Shown here: piece by piece, positions 42,054 through 56,685 of the stretch | How positions within the stretch are numbered: the stretch's first letter is position 1 | Layout of the letters: each line of letters opens with the position of its first letter | NCBI GenBank assembly: GCA_964016885.1 | Contig: OZ024740.1 | Span: 338,892,001-338,956,000, forward strand | Origin: Eledone cirrhosa | Taxonomy: Eukaryota | DNA: 64,000 bases | Direction: 5' to 3' | Notes under the pieces: model-generated | Told to the model about the DNA's origin: nothing | What the model saw: only the letters and a program-made list of their open reading frames with translations | Database searches by the model: none | Position numbers and translations under genes: made by a program

Positions 42054-45000
42054 CAGTGGTGTAACTAACGAGGGTCTGCCGCCCTCCCCCTGGCTTTCCT
42101 GTCGGTCTAGGTGGGCCCCCTAGGCTATAATTCTAAACACATAGCTTATTACACATGTAATTACGAATCCTTAACTACAACAAGGTAAAGAAAATGCTTA
42201 ATCTCTAATAAGACTAGAAGTTAAGACCAATCTCTTGTTTATTTAAAAAATATATTTCGGATAAAATGGCAACTGCATCTAAAAAAAGTGTAGACAATAT
42301 TCCGTCGAATAAAAACGTTAAACTTTTTTACTTGCTTTCCCCACATCTTATTTAGTTGAGTCAGGTTTCAGTCAGGTGATGCATCTGCTTTCAAAAAGTC
42401 AAAATCGCCTTGATATAGAAAGAAGAGGTGATTTACGACTCTCTCTAACGGCTTTCACATCAAACATTGACAAATTAGTAGCCTTGCATCAATTACAGGG
42501 ATCTCATTAAAAACCGATTATTATATTCTTTGATTTGTAAATATAAATAAATGATTTGATATCTAAATTCTATATTATTCTATTTGTTTGAAATGTAATA
42601 CATGCTTATGTTATTCTCGATACTCAGGTTTTTAACCTAATATTTAATTAAAAGTATAATTATGCATGAGTATATACACACAAATATATATATATATGTA
42701 TTGTGTGTATATATAGAAAAAAATATATATAATCATTTTATTTATGTTGTTACTTTTTATCATTAGTCACATTTTAGAACAATTTGGTATTTGCGACATT
42801 TCCTGGACTTTTGCTTTTCATCGATTATTTGACGTGTTTTACATTCTTCGGTGTTGAATATCAAATCAAGCAAATTGCATTATTCCAAGTGTGTCAATAT
42901 AGTGCTTATTGTGGGTATGGTGTGGTGTGTAGTGGCCGGAGGCTGGGTGTGCTTGACCGGAAGCGTGCTCGACCGGAAGGGCGAGCAGATGTGACGTCAG
43001 CTTGAGAGGCCGCTTTCTCTTCTACGGCGATCATCGGACTGAGACAGCCGTGCGATTTGAGGCAGCGATCGGCGAGCTGGATTGTACATACATGGAAGAG
43101 AGGAAAACCAGCCAACGACTTTGCCAGGACCAGAGAAATGCGGTAAGTGAAGTGGCTTTCTAATCACAAGCTATTTCGGCACTTAAAGACTTATAGAAAA
43201 AAAAAAGAAAAGGAAAAGGGAAACATTTTTTTTTAAGACAAAGCCACTGGAAAACAGTGTCAATATAGTGCTCATTAACAATGCTGCCTAAAAAAACTTA
43301 CAAAACTGGAGCAACAGAGAGGAGAGAAGCTAGACAAGCTGCCACAGAAGAATCTGCAAAGAAATGTTATCTAATCACAAGTTTTCTGAAAAGTCAAGAG
43401 TCTTCGTCAACAAGTAGTGACGCATCCCAAAGCAACGTAACTGCCGGAATTTCCGGCGAGTCGGTCTGGTCAGATGAACTGGAGAAACAGAAAAGCACTG
43501 GAGAGTTGCGAGAACCTGACGTCGAAGATGCCCCAGGTCCATCGACTATCTCAACAACCGTCGTAGTCACTGAAGATGTAGTTCCAACTGGGGATCCGAA
43601 CTAAATAGAGGGAACAATGGCTGTATCGGAATCTGAAAATGAAAATGATTCAGAGGAAACTACATTGGCAAAACAAATCCCAGAGTATGAGCCAGTAGAA
43701 TGCATGTTGAATTTACAAGAGGAGTATCCAAGCGACCCGAAACATTTCGAGGGCAGACGATTGACGACTCCTCTAATTCGCGCCCTCATGGCCGTTGGTC
43801 CGTCAGCCAGGATTGAAAGATAATTTTGCTGATTTCCCTCTCGACTCGAACCACAGAAAATTCAACATCAGTTGGTACAAGAGAAAGTGTGCTGGAATTC
43901 ATAAATTTGACCGACACTGGTTAGTATACGCTCCTGAATCCAACAGACTATATTGCTTTTGTTGTTGGCTGTTTGCTGATAAAAATGCCGAATCTTACTC
44001 GAAGACTTGGGGTAATCCAGAGTGTGGGATAGCAAACTTCAAAAAGGGAATCGAAAAAATTGCCAAGCATGAGAAAAGTGCCATTCACATCAATGCACAA
44101 AAGCAATACTTCATGACAAAATATCGTTTGGACGCAGATAAAACAGTGATCGATAACCTCATCCATGAAGAGAAGAAGCGAGTTGAACGAAATCGCCAGA
44201 TATTGAGGCGATTGCTTGATTGTACGTTATTTCTTGCAAAACAAGGCCTGGCCTTCAGAGGTCACAGGGAATATGCTGGACTTGGTGCCAAATCAGAAAA
44301 TGAAGGAAACTTTATTGAATTGTTGAAATTGATGGCCAAGTATGATGCGATCTTGGAAAGCCATTTATTCTCGTCTGGGCGCACTAAAAGACAGCCTATG
44401 TACTTAAGTACAAAAGTACAAAACGAATTCATAGAATGCCTGGCAAACGAATGTACTCAACAAATAATCACGGAAGTGAAAGCGGCAAAATACTATTCAG
44501 TCATCGTCGATTCCACAATAGACATTTCGCATCAGGAACAATGCTCTGGAGCTCAGGAGCATTTCCTGTCGTTTTGTGAACTAGAATCAGCAGCCACTGA
44601 ATTATTTTACGATACGCTTGTGAAAGTTCTTTTCCAGGATCTATCCTTGGATGCTCAATATATTAGGGGACAAGCTTACGACGGAGCGTCGAATATGTCC
44701 GGCCATATTTCTGGGCTTCAGACTAGGGTTAAAGAGGTATGCTCTTCGAAAGCTGTTTACGTCCATTTTTGCGCTCATAACTTGAACCTGGTGTTAATCG
44801 ATGCTAGCCAATCGTCACTGGATGGTAAATTATTTGTTGGTATATTGGAGAGCCTATATGTTTTCTTAACATCAAGCTTGCCAAGGCTGAAAATCCTCGA
44901 AGAAGAACAAGAAAAACTATTGACTTCAACGGTATTAACATTAAATAGACTCTCAGATACGCGCTGGTTTAGTCACATTCAGGCTGTAGAGGCTACCATT

Positions 45001-46287
45001 AACAACTTACCGGCAGTAATAAGTGCACTAGAGAGGATAATAAGTGGGGATGTTCACAACACTGCTCCGAAAGTATTAGTCGAGGCCAGAGGTTTGCTAC
45101 TAAATGTGAGCAAGTTTGAATTCATTTTCATTTTGAAGTTTTTTCAGAATTTACTTAAAAAGCTGCATTCGGTTTCACAATATTTGCAGAAGGAGGCTAT
45201 CGACTTATATTCCGCGGACGCCATGATTAAAAGTGTAGTAAAAGAAATTGAAGGAATCCGCTCAAATGAATATTTTGACCGAACATTATCAGACGCTAAA
45301 AATCTCGCCGAGCAATGTCAAGTTGAACCAGAGTTTACAACAGAAAAGAAAAACGAAGCGTTTTCATGACGAAAATGCCAGTGACAAACTTCATGAGACG
45401 ATGAGTCAGCATTTTAAACGGGACATTTATTTCACTATCTTAGATAGAATCATTAGTAGCTTTGACGAACGTTTTGCCGACTTGCACGATCTAGTGAAGG
45501 ATTTTTCGTGCTTGATACCGGCGCACTTCGACGACGACGACACATGCAATAGAGAGAGAATCGATAATCTTGTGAAATTCTACGAGGGTGACATCGAAAA
45601 TGACACTATCTTCGACGAGTATTTATCATTCAAAGATTTTTACAAGGAAGTGTGTTTACATAAATCCATATCGAGTTCTGAGATCGTTCCGTTTATGATT
45701 TCTAATGACTTAGATAGAGCCTATCCGAAAATGTTCATAACTATTCCGGTTAGCTCGGCGGAGGCTGAGCGAACCTTCAGCAGGCTCAAACTGATAAAGA
45801 ATTATTTGCGTAGTACCATGAGTGAAGAGCGGTTGAATGCTCTGGCAAGGATGTACATAGAGCGAGAACTGGCTGAAAAAATTGACTTCAGCATCGTGAT
45901 TGAAAAATTTTCTAAAGTAAAACATCGCAAATTAGAACTGTAGAACAAGTGATGTGCTCGAATGTGAAAGTAAAGTTTTAGATGGACGATTTGTTGTACA
46001 TACGAATTTTTGTTGGTGAATAATCGATTGCAAAACTAGTTTTACTGGATGTTGTTTTTTTTTCTGAAGATAGACCACCGTCTTCGCAGTTAATAAAGTT
46101 TTCACGGAACATGCTAACTCTGTAATCTATGATGCTGTTTACTCTATTATAAATTATTATCTATTCCATATGTGTGTATGAACATATTTCCTTGCAGCCG
46201 ATGGAAATGAGCGTATGGAATTGGTGGGCCCCCTTTAGATCGAATTTGCCCCCCCCCCCCCGGCTTTAAAAGCTAGTTACGCCGCTG
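42054..46287 (+). mobile_element. Full-length hAT DNA transposon (Tip100/ZMYM1-like group), 4234 bp
   Basis: TIRs CAGTGGTGTAACTA / TAGTTACGCCGCTG; 8-bp TSD cagaaatc (42046-42053) / gagaaatc (46288-46295). Confidence 0.9.
43281..45943 (+). pseudogene. hAT transposase (TTF-type Zn finger, DUF4371-like, C-terminal dimerisation domain), disrupted
   Basis: WLVY..LYCFCCWLF, HEKSAIH, LAFRGH, GNFIELL, VDSTID, GQAYDGASNMSG, TRWFS, PVSSAEAERTFSRLKLIKNYLRSTMSEERLNAL; stop at ~43604 and frameshifts near 43800 and 45350. Confidence 0.92.
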
Positions 46288-46713
46288 GAGAAATCCCCTG
46301 ATAAAACAACAGTGATTACTCCCATGAGAGTTGTGCTGTTCCGGATAACTTTCAGTGCTCTGTCCAAGGTCTACAATACCTATCTACGCGTCATTGTACA
46401 TTCATCTAAAGAAAATTGCCACACATGAGCAGCACCTGACACAAAGACATTTCATTCACTCTTGGCCGCAAGTCCAATTTGAAAGTAGAATGATTTCCAA
46501 GTGAAAGTGTAGCGGCAATTCCAGTGGAAGCAATCGCTAAATCTATCTCCCTCTATGTCTTTATCTATCTCTCTTTATGTCTCTTATTAACTCTTTCTCA
46601 TTGTCTCTCAACTTTTCGAGAATGAGTCGGAAGTAAGAATAGTTGAAAACACACGTGAAACTTTAATTATTATCAATTATATTTAGTGGTATTAGCGGTA
46701 AACAAACAACTTC

Positions 46714-46750
<37 letters not shown>

Positions 46751-47099
46751 GAGGTAGAGAAAGACATATGTACTGAGAGGGAGATAGTGAGAGAGCTAGA
46801 GAGGGATATATAGACAGAGAGAGAGAGAAAAGAGATGATAGTGAGAAATAGAGTGAGATAGAGAAAAATTATATGAAAGTATAAATTAGCAAGAGTATCT
46901 GCCACAGATTCACTGTCCTAGAAAGACCAGTGAAAATCTTCCCACCCTGCCCTCCCCTCTCAATTCCGTTTTCGGAGAAATAGTCGATGGAGTTCATGTC
47001 GAAGGTCAGATTAGTTGCAAAACACGAAAAACCTAACATTTTATCAATTTTGTTTAGCATTATTAGCATTCAACATACAAACAAAAGAATGTGGAAACC

Positions 47100-48497
47100 A
47101 GAAAGGTTACTTGGCTGGTTAAGAAAGAGAAACTCCGAGGGACAGATACCTCAGACTCGAATCACCTCCAAATAACAAGTGCTCTTGTGTTTTCTCTGCC
47201 ATCATGGACTCTGAGGGGCAATTTCAGTTAGTGTAAAAAAACACTTACTAGAAGATCCAGGGAGTGTGAGGAAAAGCAAATACCCAACCAAAACAGAAAA
47301 AGCATCCGCAATTCAATCGAGAAATTGTATAAGTATCAAGGATGGAAAAAAGAAGTCAAGGATGACTGGCAAACCAATTGCAAAACGTAAGATTTGGAAA
47401 GGTGATCTTGAGGAAATTTTTGACATTGCAAGCAGGACGTTCTCAAACAAAAAGATGTCTCATCTGAAGACAAAGCTTTCTTTAAGCTAGAACGGCAAGA
47501 CCGACTGTCTTATTTCCTGGTTGGTGTTGATTCAAGCCATGTGAAAGCCATTCAGATTCACGATATGGAAGTAAGAAAGAGAAAGCAGGATGAAGTAACC
47601 AAAAAGATAAAGTAGCTCTTGAAAGTTTGTCACCCAACTAAGAAGAAGACAACGACGACGACAACTTCAAGTCAGCACCGCCCCAAAAATCACTGCGAAT
47701 AAAGCCGACGTGGGAACAGGAGAAACTATCATTATGTCAAGCAAGTGCTTTTTACATCATAATTGCATAGAGTCTTGGCCATGATGTATCTGAATTCTCG
47801 GTTTCACCCTCAACTGTTTATCGAGGAAGAACCAGTCAATGTGAGATGCCGGCTCACAAAATTGAGTTATCCACTTTCCCACCTGAAGACAGACTCTGGC
47901 TAGTCCTCCACTAGGGCAGAATTATTACCATCGGTTTCCCAATCCAACACACACAAAGATTGGATTGCAGCTTTAATTACAAGAAAAGGAAAGGAGGTGC
48001 TCATGGGTATTCCGATTGCAAAAAATGGAACCGGACAACAAATCGCTGAAGTTGTTTTAAAGGAAATGCATCAGCTTAATTGAAGATAGAATAATTGATA
48101 TGTCCTTTAACACCAGCATGCACCAAGGAGCAAATATGAATTTTGAAGCAGCTCTGAAAATCATCTTTCGTGGCTGGCTTGCCGCCATCATATTCTTCAA
48201 CTCGTTTTGAAGAAAGTCTTCGAGATCTTTTTCACATCATCTTGTCCCGATATCCCTATATTCAAAAAGTTCCAGAAACTCTGGGATTCCATTGATAAAT
48301 CTCATCATCAATCTATCCTTGACGATGAAGAGTCCATGGACGATTTTTACAATCAAAAGGAGGAAGAGTTGGTTGAATATCTACTGACTGTATTGTTTTC
48401 TGGAGATCATCCCCGTGAAGACAATGCCGAGTTCATAAATCTCTTACTTCTCTTTTCTGGTGGTTGGCCATCTCCCCAGTTATCCCCAGTGCTTTAA
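47100..48497 (+). pseudogene. Heavily decayed hAT-related (hATm-type) transposase
   Basis: GIPIAKNGTGQQIAEVV..WLACRHHILQLVLKKVF..SSCPDIPIFKKFQKLWDSID..HPREDNAEFINLLLLF. Confidence 0.6.
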
Positions 48498-48995
48498 AAA
48501 TTCGTTCCCAGTTGTAAATTTCATCATTCATAAAATGTGTTTCACTCTTTAAACACCAAAATGATTGTGCATTTAGAATTTTTTTTATTTTTATTTATTT
48601 AATTTTTTTTTTTCATTTCATTTGTTGGCTTATCATTTCACCAAGTCCCCCAGTTGACAAAAGGAGCTGTTTTTTGTAATGCATTTCATCCATAAAAAAT
48701 GTTTCTCTATTTAACTTAAATATCATTGTATATTTTGAACATATTCCTCCTGCTTATTTTCATTTCATTTTGTTATGTCGTGTGGTTTCCTCATTGGATT
48801 CAATAAAGTGAACAGAAAGGACAATATACCACAGGCCAGGTTTAAGATATTGTCATAAATTAACAGATGTGAAAGTGTGCTTCTCCTAAATATTATTCGA
48901 TTGACCTCTATTTCGTTGTTTCATCAATGTAAAGACAGGCGTCATCGAAATGAATTGATTTGCAAATAGTTTGCAAAATATATATATATATATAT

Positions 48996-49150
48996 AGAAC
49001 AAAAGATGAAATCGAAAATGCAACTGGAGTCTTATTTTTTTTAAATAAGACTCTAGTTGCATTTTCGATTTCATCTTTTTTTCTTTATACTTTCACTCGT
49101 GTAGGACACCTCGGTTATTTTTCATTTTGTAAAAAAAATCTCACTTTCTA
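48996..49150 (+). mobile_element. Fold-back mini-copy of the Neptune-type PLE 3' end (hairpin + tail)
   Basis: ~42-bp arms and a tail nearly identical to 60640-60745; (TA)n on both sides. Confidence 0.85.
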
Positions 49151-49151
49151 A

Positions 49152-49184
<33 letters not shown>

Positions 49185-49225
49185 ATATTTATATATATAT
49201 ATTTATATATATTTATATATATATT

Positions 49226-49277
<52 letters not shown>

Positions 49278-49339
49278 TATATATATATATATTTATATAT
49301 ATATATATTTATATATATGTATATATTTATATATACATA

Positions 49340-49446
<107 letters not shown>

Positions 49447-49463
49447 ATTTATATATATGTATT

Positions 49464-49534
<71 letters not shown>

Positions 49535-49631
49535 AAATGATGTAATTCCGTCGGAAAGGTCCAGGAAAAAAGAGTGCTCTATGTAGGTTACAGAGCTTAA
49601 TAGTTATGTAATAAACAACATAAGGCAATTA

Positions 49632-49692
49632 TTTCATTTACCAGTGGTTTCTTGAAAGCAAACAAATGTTGCTTTCAATCATCAGAATGAAA
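49632..49692 (-). ncRNA. Type I hammerhead
   Basis: TTTCATT-CTGATGA-TTGAAAGCAA catttgt TTGCTTTCAA-GAAA-CCA c TGG-TA-AATGAAA; perfect 7-bp stem I and 10-bp stem II. Confidence 0.85.
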
Positions 49693-49811
49693 AAATCCTG
49701 GTGTATTTATTGACATTGGATTTTTATATATATATATTTATATATATATATTTATATATATATATATTTATATATATATATGTTTATATATATATAGATA
49801 TATATATATAT

Positions 49812-52250
49812 AGAAATTACATGAATCAAAGTTCTGTTTAAATCATTTATTTGTTTACAATTGTTTCTTCCAAACCGAGGTTTGGGGTCTTCGGAGCAAT
49901 TATTCAGTGATTTTTACATACTTCACCTCCTTTCCAACACAAGAGACATATAGAAACATATGTATATATTGACCCACAGTATATATTGACCCACATATGT
50001 ATATATTGACCCTTGCTTAATCAAGGATATCATATACTTATACTCATGCACAGTCACAACTAGCAACTCTTCTGCAACCTATATAGGCTCTACTTCAAAC
50101 TGCTTCAAAACCAGATACAATTCGCACCTCCACTCTTTCAAAAAACACAGTCTAGCCAACTCTATCTATTTTAGATAGTGTATGTATCTAGCTACATACA
50201 CTATCTAAAAACTAAAAATAAACCATATACACTTAAATGGGAAGTGATAGGTAACGCGACTTCGTACAAACCACCTAATAAATTTTGTAACCTCTGTCTA
50301 CTAGAGACCCATACCATCATCTTCTCAAACCATAACCTCCTTAATAAAAAATCAGAAGTGTTCGCGTCTTGCCAACACCGCTTCCTATACTCCTTCCAAA
50401 ACTTTAAACCCAATATATAACAATGTCAGACTTGAACCCGTCACCACCTCTAGCAACAAACATCAGGGGCACACCTTACACCTCATCTCCACACCCATTA
50501 ATCCACTTTAACGCAAATAGTGACATCCTCCTAGTACCTTTTACCCTAGAGATATCCCCATGTACTTCTACTTTTGGTATATTGGCCTTCAATTACTTAG
50601 ACTACATTACACCAATATATAATTAAGGTAAACTTTAAGCACGGAATTGGTTGTGCTAATATTGTCCTGTGTATGGAGTGCCATCATTGGATAAATGGAA
50701 GATTAAGTAATTAATTTATTAACATAAAATAGCTATATAACCTATATGCTGAGTGCAATGAATTATGTACAGGTGATGTATGAGTTATACATACATGTAT
50801 GACTTGATGGTCAGATTAGTGTCATTGTAAGTGAGAATTGATCTCTGGACTACCCTAGTGATATTTAACTTTGCCATGCAATCAGACATGCAATGACCCA
50901 GAGCTTACCAGGAGTCATATATAGAAGTGATTCTAATAAGACCCTGCCCGGTTCTGTGGGTGGACTACACTTACAAAGATCATTGATTTGGAGATCTGAC
51001 TCTTCATGTAGAATATTCGGTTGTGGCACTCTATGATAGAAGGTAATCATCCTAATATGAACACATTTAGTACTTCTTGATAGACTACACTGTAATTTAT
51101 AGATAAGATACTTAAATTTAGAAATTGTTTATAACCTTATATGATAGGGACTCATTTGAGACACCATTTAATGTACTTTAGGATAATAAATTTAGCTATA
51201 GAAATCAGCTAGTTACCTCCCCTTACGCATTAACTCCCCTTAATCACACACACACTTCCGGAATATAATACGATGTCAACTCTCACAACAAAAACAACCT
51301 GCTCTATAGAATCGAATTAGAGAACGACAAGCTGTGATGTTCTAACATGGTTCACCAGGCACCCAATGTTGAATCATCGTGGATTGTGTGATGGACATGT
51401 AGTCTATAAATTGCGTTTTCTGGATTGTGAGAGTGGTGGTGTGTGCGAGGACAGTGGTGTTGTTTTGCTTCTCATTTGTAATATTTTTGATATTTTTGGT
51501 GTTTCTCTACAGACGGGCTTCTATATCGTACAGGTGTGTGTGAAAAATACTTTACCAGTACAGCCCCCATGATGTTCTTGATTGCCTGCTTTGACTGCTT
51601 GTATTACATATAACAATCTGCCGCACTGTAATCTTGTATAAATAGGACACGCGTGCATGCCTCACGTGTGACTGTTGCATACACTGGCTACTCCAAACTA
51701 TCCTCTTGCTTTATCTTCGTAAACTGCCAATGTTTTATTTTTATTTTAATTTTAATTTTAACTTTAATTTTGTCCTTTAATATGACTGTAATCTTTGTAT
51801 GTAAATTGCCATGCTATATTATTATAATTGTTTCTATTTTAGGCACAAGGCCAGCAATTACCCAGTGCATTACTGGTACTTTATTTTATCGACCCCGTAA
51901 GGATGAAAGGCAAAGTCAATTTCGGCGGGATTTGAACTCAGATCGTAAAGGGACGTAACTATGCTGGAAAGCATGGCGTCCGACCCTCTACCGATACTGC
52001 CAATCCACCGCCCCTATATTATTATAATGGATGTCAACCCACTGTGGGTCAATATATACATATGTTTCTATATGTCTCTTGTGTTGGAAAGGAGGTCAAG
52101 TATGTAAAAAATCACTGAATAATTGCTCCGAAGACACCAAACCTCGGTTTGGAAGAAACAATTGTAAGCAAATAAATGATTTAAACAGAACTTTGATTCA
52201 TGTAATTTCTATATAACTGCTCTGTAAAACAACTGATGTTGTTACATTGA
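49812..52250 (+). mobile_element. 5'-truncated Naiad-type PLE with inverted 5' pLTR and later insertions
   Basis: 49812-49980 is the reverse complement of 52041-52210. GIY-YIG remnant at 50010-50420 (YIGSTSNCFKTRYNSH..WEVI..CNLCLLE..LLNKKSEVFASCQH). SINE inside at 51826-52013. Confidence 0.8.
52123..52171 (+). ncRNA. Type I hammerhead, U4C core (inverted copy at 49851-49899)
   Basis: TTGCT-CCGAAGA-ca-CCAAACC tc GGTTTGG-aa-GAAA-CAATTG-TA-AGCAA. Confidence 0.7.
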
Positions 52251-52397
52251 GCTATTTATCTTACTGATAATAAGATAGTAATAAATTACTGTCTTTCACT
52301 ATTTAGGGTTTAAAATATACATAACTATAAAAGGTTTTAGTATATACATGACCATAAATAGTATCCTTAATACTATATATATATATATATATATATA

Positions 52398-52628
52398 TTT
52401 GTTCTCGGTAAGGTGAACTAACTGTTGTAGAACTACTTCTACCAAACTCGTCCCATGGACTGAATGGTCTACTACTACGGATATAACCCATGGGACGGGT
52501 TTGGTAGAAATAGTTCTACAACAGTTAGTTCACCATACCGAGAACAAATGTTTCCGCTTAAGCTGAAGATCCGCTTATGGTGAAACATTTGTTCTCGGTA
52601 TGGCGAACTAACTGTTTTGGAACTACTT
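52398..52628. mobile_element. Double fold-back of the 15985-16813 Naiad 3' end with HHR core at 52561-52598
   Basis: Sense / antisense / sense pieces of gttctcggtatggtgaactaactgttgt; ag-CTGAAGA-tcc gcttat ggt-GAAA-catttg-tt-ctcgg. Confidence 0.8.
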
Positions 52629-52877
52629 ATATATATATACATGATATTTGATTTTTGAAAACCATGATAATGTGAATGGACGAAGAGAGAGTGAAACGAG
52701 ATAGGTGTTTTACCTATCGAGATTAAAATCTCTTCTCCCGAGGGAAATAAAAGGACTAATCTAATGTCCGATGAAGCGCGCTAATGTTTTTTTTACTCTT
52801 TATTTATTAGTTGTTTTTTTTAACCTCTTTTGTTTAAAAAAATTAAAGGTCTTGACAGGTATATTCATACATGTGTA

Positions 52878-52918
<41 letters not shown>

Positions 52919-53239
52919 GTCAAGATCTTTAATTTTTTAAAACAAAAGTGGTTTAATATATATATATATGAATATATATATAGTATATTTGGCAATATAC
53001 CGTATGTTTAATTAAAAACATTTAGAAGACTATACGCTATCAGTTTTAAAGTGGTGACTATGTCACTTACTTATTTTCGGCGAAAATATATAGTATATTA
53101 CCAAATATACTATACATACATTCATGTATACATCGCTGTTTCAGAGCACCAATCCTAATTCCTATATATATATATGTGTACAAATATGATTATATATGGG
53201 TGTGTGTAGGTGTTGGTGTGGGTGTCGACACACACACAC

Positions 53240-53320
<81 letters not shown>

Positions 53321-54571
53321 AATCGTGAGATGTGTCTGCTAAATGGCTATTTTGGAAAAGTGCTGATTTTTTTCTTTTATAATTATTTTCGTTTGCAAAT
53401 GTGTGTACTATCGAGTCCCAAATAATAGGGGGAGTTGGAATAACCGGGTAGGGTGGGGGTGATATTTGTTAACATTATTATAAGCGGGAGGGTGGAATAG
53501 ACAGGGTGGGGGAATCTGTAATCGTATAGTGTACTTTTTTTTAATGTAAACTATTTTTTTGATTTGATTCTCCAGCTGCTGTATCAATAAGAACCACTTA
53601 TTAAATTTTGCTAATCTAACTCCTGCGAAATTTTATTATAAGCGGAGGCGCTGGGAAAAATCTGCAAAATTGATAAGCGTTCAGATCTATAGATTATTAT
53701 TTAATATTTAATAGGTAACAAATACACGTTTATATTTGTTAAAAAATTGTCTTTCTCTATATATTCTCTGTTGCCCAGAAAAAGCATCTGAGTATTTGTA
53801 GAAGAGGTATATTTTAAAGTTTGGTAAGTTCGTTGTCACACATGATGCAATGTGACTGCTTAAGGGGATTTTCTTTGTATTTTTATCACAGTGTATAAAT
53901 TATGCCTTTATATGGTCATTCTTTTGGGTAATGACAATACTGTCTGTCATATGTAATTTTGCTGAAATCCATAACATGTTATCACATAGATTAAGTTTTC
54001 AGAGTTGTGGGGAATGAATGAATTGAATTAAGGGAAAAGAGATTATTTACATTTCTGTGCAATTCAACGGACGAAAAGTTCCACAACAATTATCACACTG
54101 AATCTTCTGGGGAACTACATTGAAGCAAAATGCCGTTTCCAACTGAAACATGGCTCCAATAGCTCAAAGTCAGCAGCTGGAAAACCGCAAGCCTGCCCAG
54201 CTAGGCAACTTGGTTAGAACGGAAGAAATAGACGCACCAGGCTAGATGTCGTGTGTAATGTTCTTCGCCGCCCGTGTTCACGTCGTCTATTCACATCACC
54301 GACTGTCTTTACCACGTCAGCGACATCAGACCGACTGCTCTCACTGCCAACCTCACACCAACTCCTGCATTGGCAACTCCATCGGTTTAAATAGTTTAAC
54401 TCCAGTAAAACGCACAAAAACCCGTGCATAATGCTTCAAATCAGTCACGTGATCCATTGTTCGTTATTCTTGCTTTCTTTTGTAGAGCTGTGGAGCAGTG
54501 CTTCGAATTGAATTCGAGTGATACCATTTGCGGCTGCTAATTGATTTTGCAATCTCCTTCGTAAAAATATA

Positions 54572-54645
<74 letters not shown>

Positions 54646-54686
54646 ATGATATTAATAAATGGAAACTATATTTATAAAACCATATT

Positions 54687-54747
54687 TATTCTATTATATA
54701 TATTTCAACGGTACCAAGACTTTGGTACGCTCCCATCAGATAAAATA
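54687..54747 (-). ncRNA. Type I hammerhead motif (A9G)
   Basis: TATTTTAT-CTGATGG-gagcGTACCAA agtc TTGGTACcgtt-GAAA-TATATA-TA-ATAGAATA; related to the 60824 and 63742 motifs. Confidence 0.6.
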
Positions 54748-55880
54748 CAAAGTTTGTTTTATAAATATTGACATATCCAGGAAGGAGATCTTAACGATTC
54801 AAGTGTTTCCTGGATAGTAAAAGAAAGAGGAGAAAGAGAGGAAAAGTCAAATATTTCAAATTATTAAGATGAATATGCAAATGTGGTTGAGGTATAGGAC
54901 TGAAAAAAACGTTAATTTTAGACGCTAGGTAGATTTAAATAATCATAAGGATATATATATGTATGTGTAGGAAAAAGAAAGAGAAAGAAAGAAAAGGTTG
55001 TATTTACGTGAATTTAAAAATAATTAACAGTTTGTAGGAATGGTGGTGTATGATTCCAGAATTTAAAAAAAATATTTAGCTATATTATAAGTTATAATAT
55101 TATATTTATAATCAATTAGTTTATCTGAAGCATTATGGTTGTGAGTACATTTTATCTTATTATATTGCAACAGGTTTTAAGTATATAAATATGTATATAA
55201 ATATGTATATGTATAGTGTGCAAGTATAAGTATTATTGGTGATTTTATAGAAATAAAATACACGTATTAATTATTTACATTTCTAATATGAGTTACGAAG
55301 GATGTTCATTTTACATAAATATTTAAAAAGAGACGTAGTTCAAATTGTAATAGAAGAACGATTTGTAGATTCAAATATTTTCATCCAACATTGAAAATGT
55401 TTTCAGAACATTGTTAATTTAGCGAAATTATATAATTTATCATACAAGTTATCATGTCTATGTTTGCTCAATTGTAAAGGAAATGATAACTCCAATATTA
55501 TTTGCTAACCATTAAATTTGGTGAATGATTTTCTTAGAAAGTATGTAGAGAAAATTATATATTATTTTGAGTGAGATTATAAGGTATTTTATATTATATG
55601 TTTTTCAATGATGAGAATTTCTATTACATGTTATCTACGTCGAAAGATGTGTGAACAGTTTGTAGATTAAAGAGAGGAAAAATGTATTATTAGATAGATC
55701 AAGAGTGCATTTAAAAGAACTATCTTAAAGAGGATATCTTTCAGAATGTCAATTAAAGATTATCAATCTTAATCTAAAAAATAGATTATGAAGAGTATCA
55801 AATGGTAAAAACACTGAATTTTAGAAGGAAGATCATTTAAAAAATTAAAATTAAGTTTTTGTCTAAGTAATTATTTTTTG

Positions 55881-55937
<57 letters not shown>

Positions 55938-56043
55938 AGGAAAAGAATGACTTCACTTGTAGTTCTAAACAATTTGATTTAGTTTTATATTATAATATTA
56001 CGAGCTGGTAGATCTATCTATCTATCTATCGATCTATCTATCT

Positions 56044-56076
<33 letters not shown>

Positions 56077-56096
56077 AATATATATATATATATGTA

Positions 56097-56151
<55 letters not shown>

Positions 56152-56157
56152 ATTATA

Positions 56158-56639
<482 letters not shown>

Positions 56640-56685
56640 ATTTATATATATAGATAGATAGATCTATATATATATATATATAAAT

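Larger units (their letters stand above)
40791..46750 (-). mobile_element. Decayed Helitron (Pif1 helicase remnants) split by a hAT insertion
   Basis: IASTGIAATL..HSTFKL..DECTM..LDRALKVIR..VVLSGDF (46540-46290) continues as DF*QTLLVISKGNRADQV (from 42053 down) and [24 protein letters not shown] (41550-41450). CTAG at 40791; outer limits approximate. Confidence 0.75.

Noticed and set aside
43795-45943. Host ZMYM1/THAP12-like gene
   Set aside because: Bounded by TIRs and a TSD, frameshifted, and inserted into a Helitron: a transposon, not a domesticated gene.
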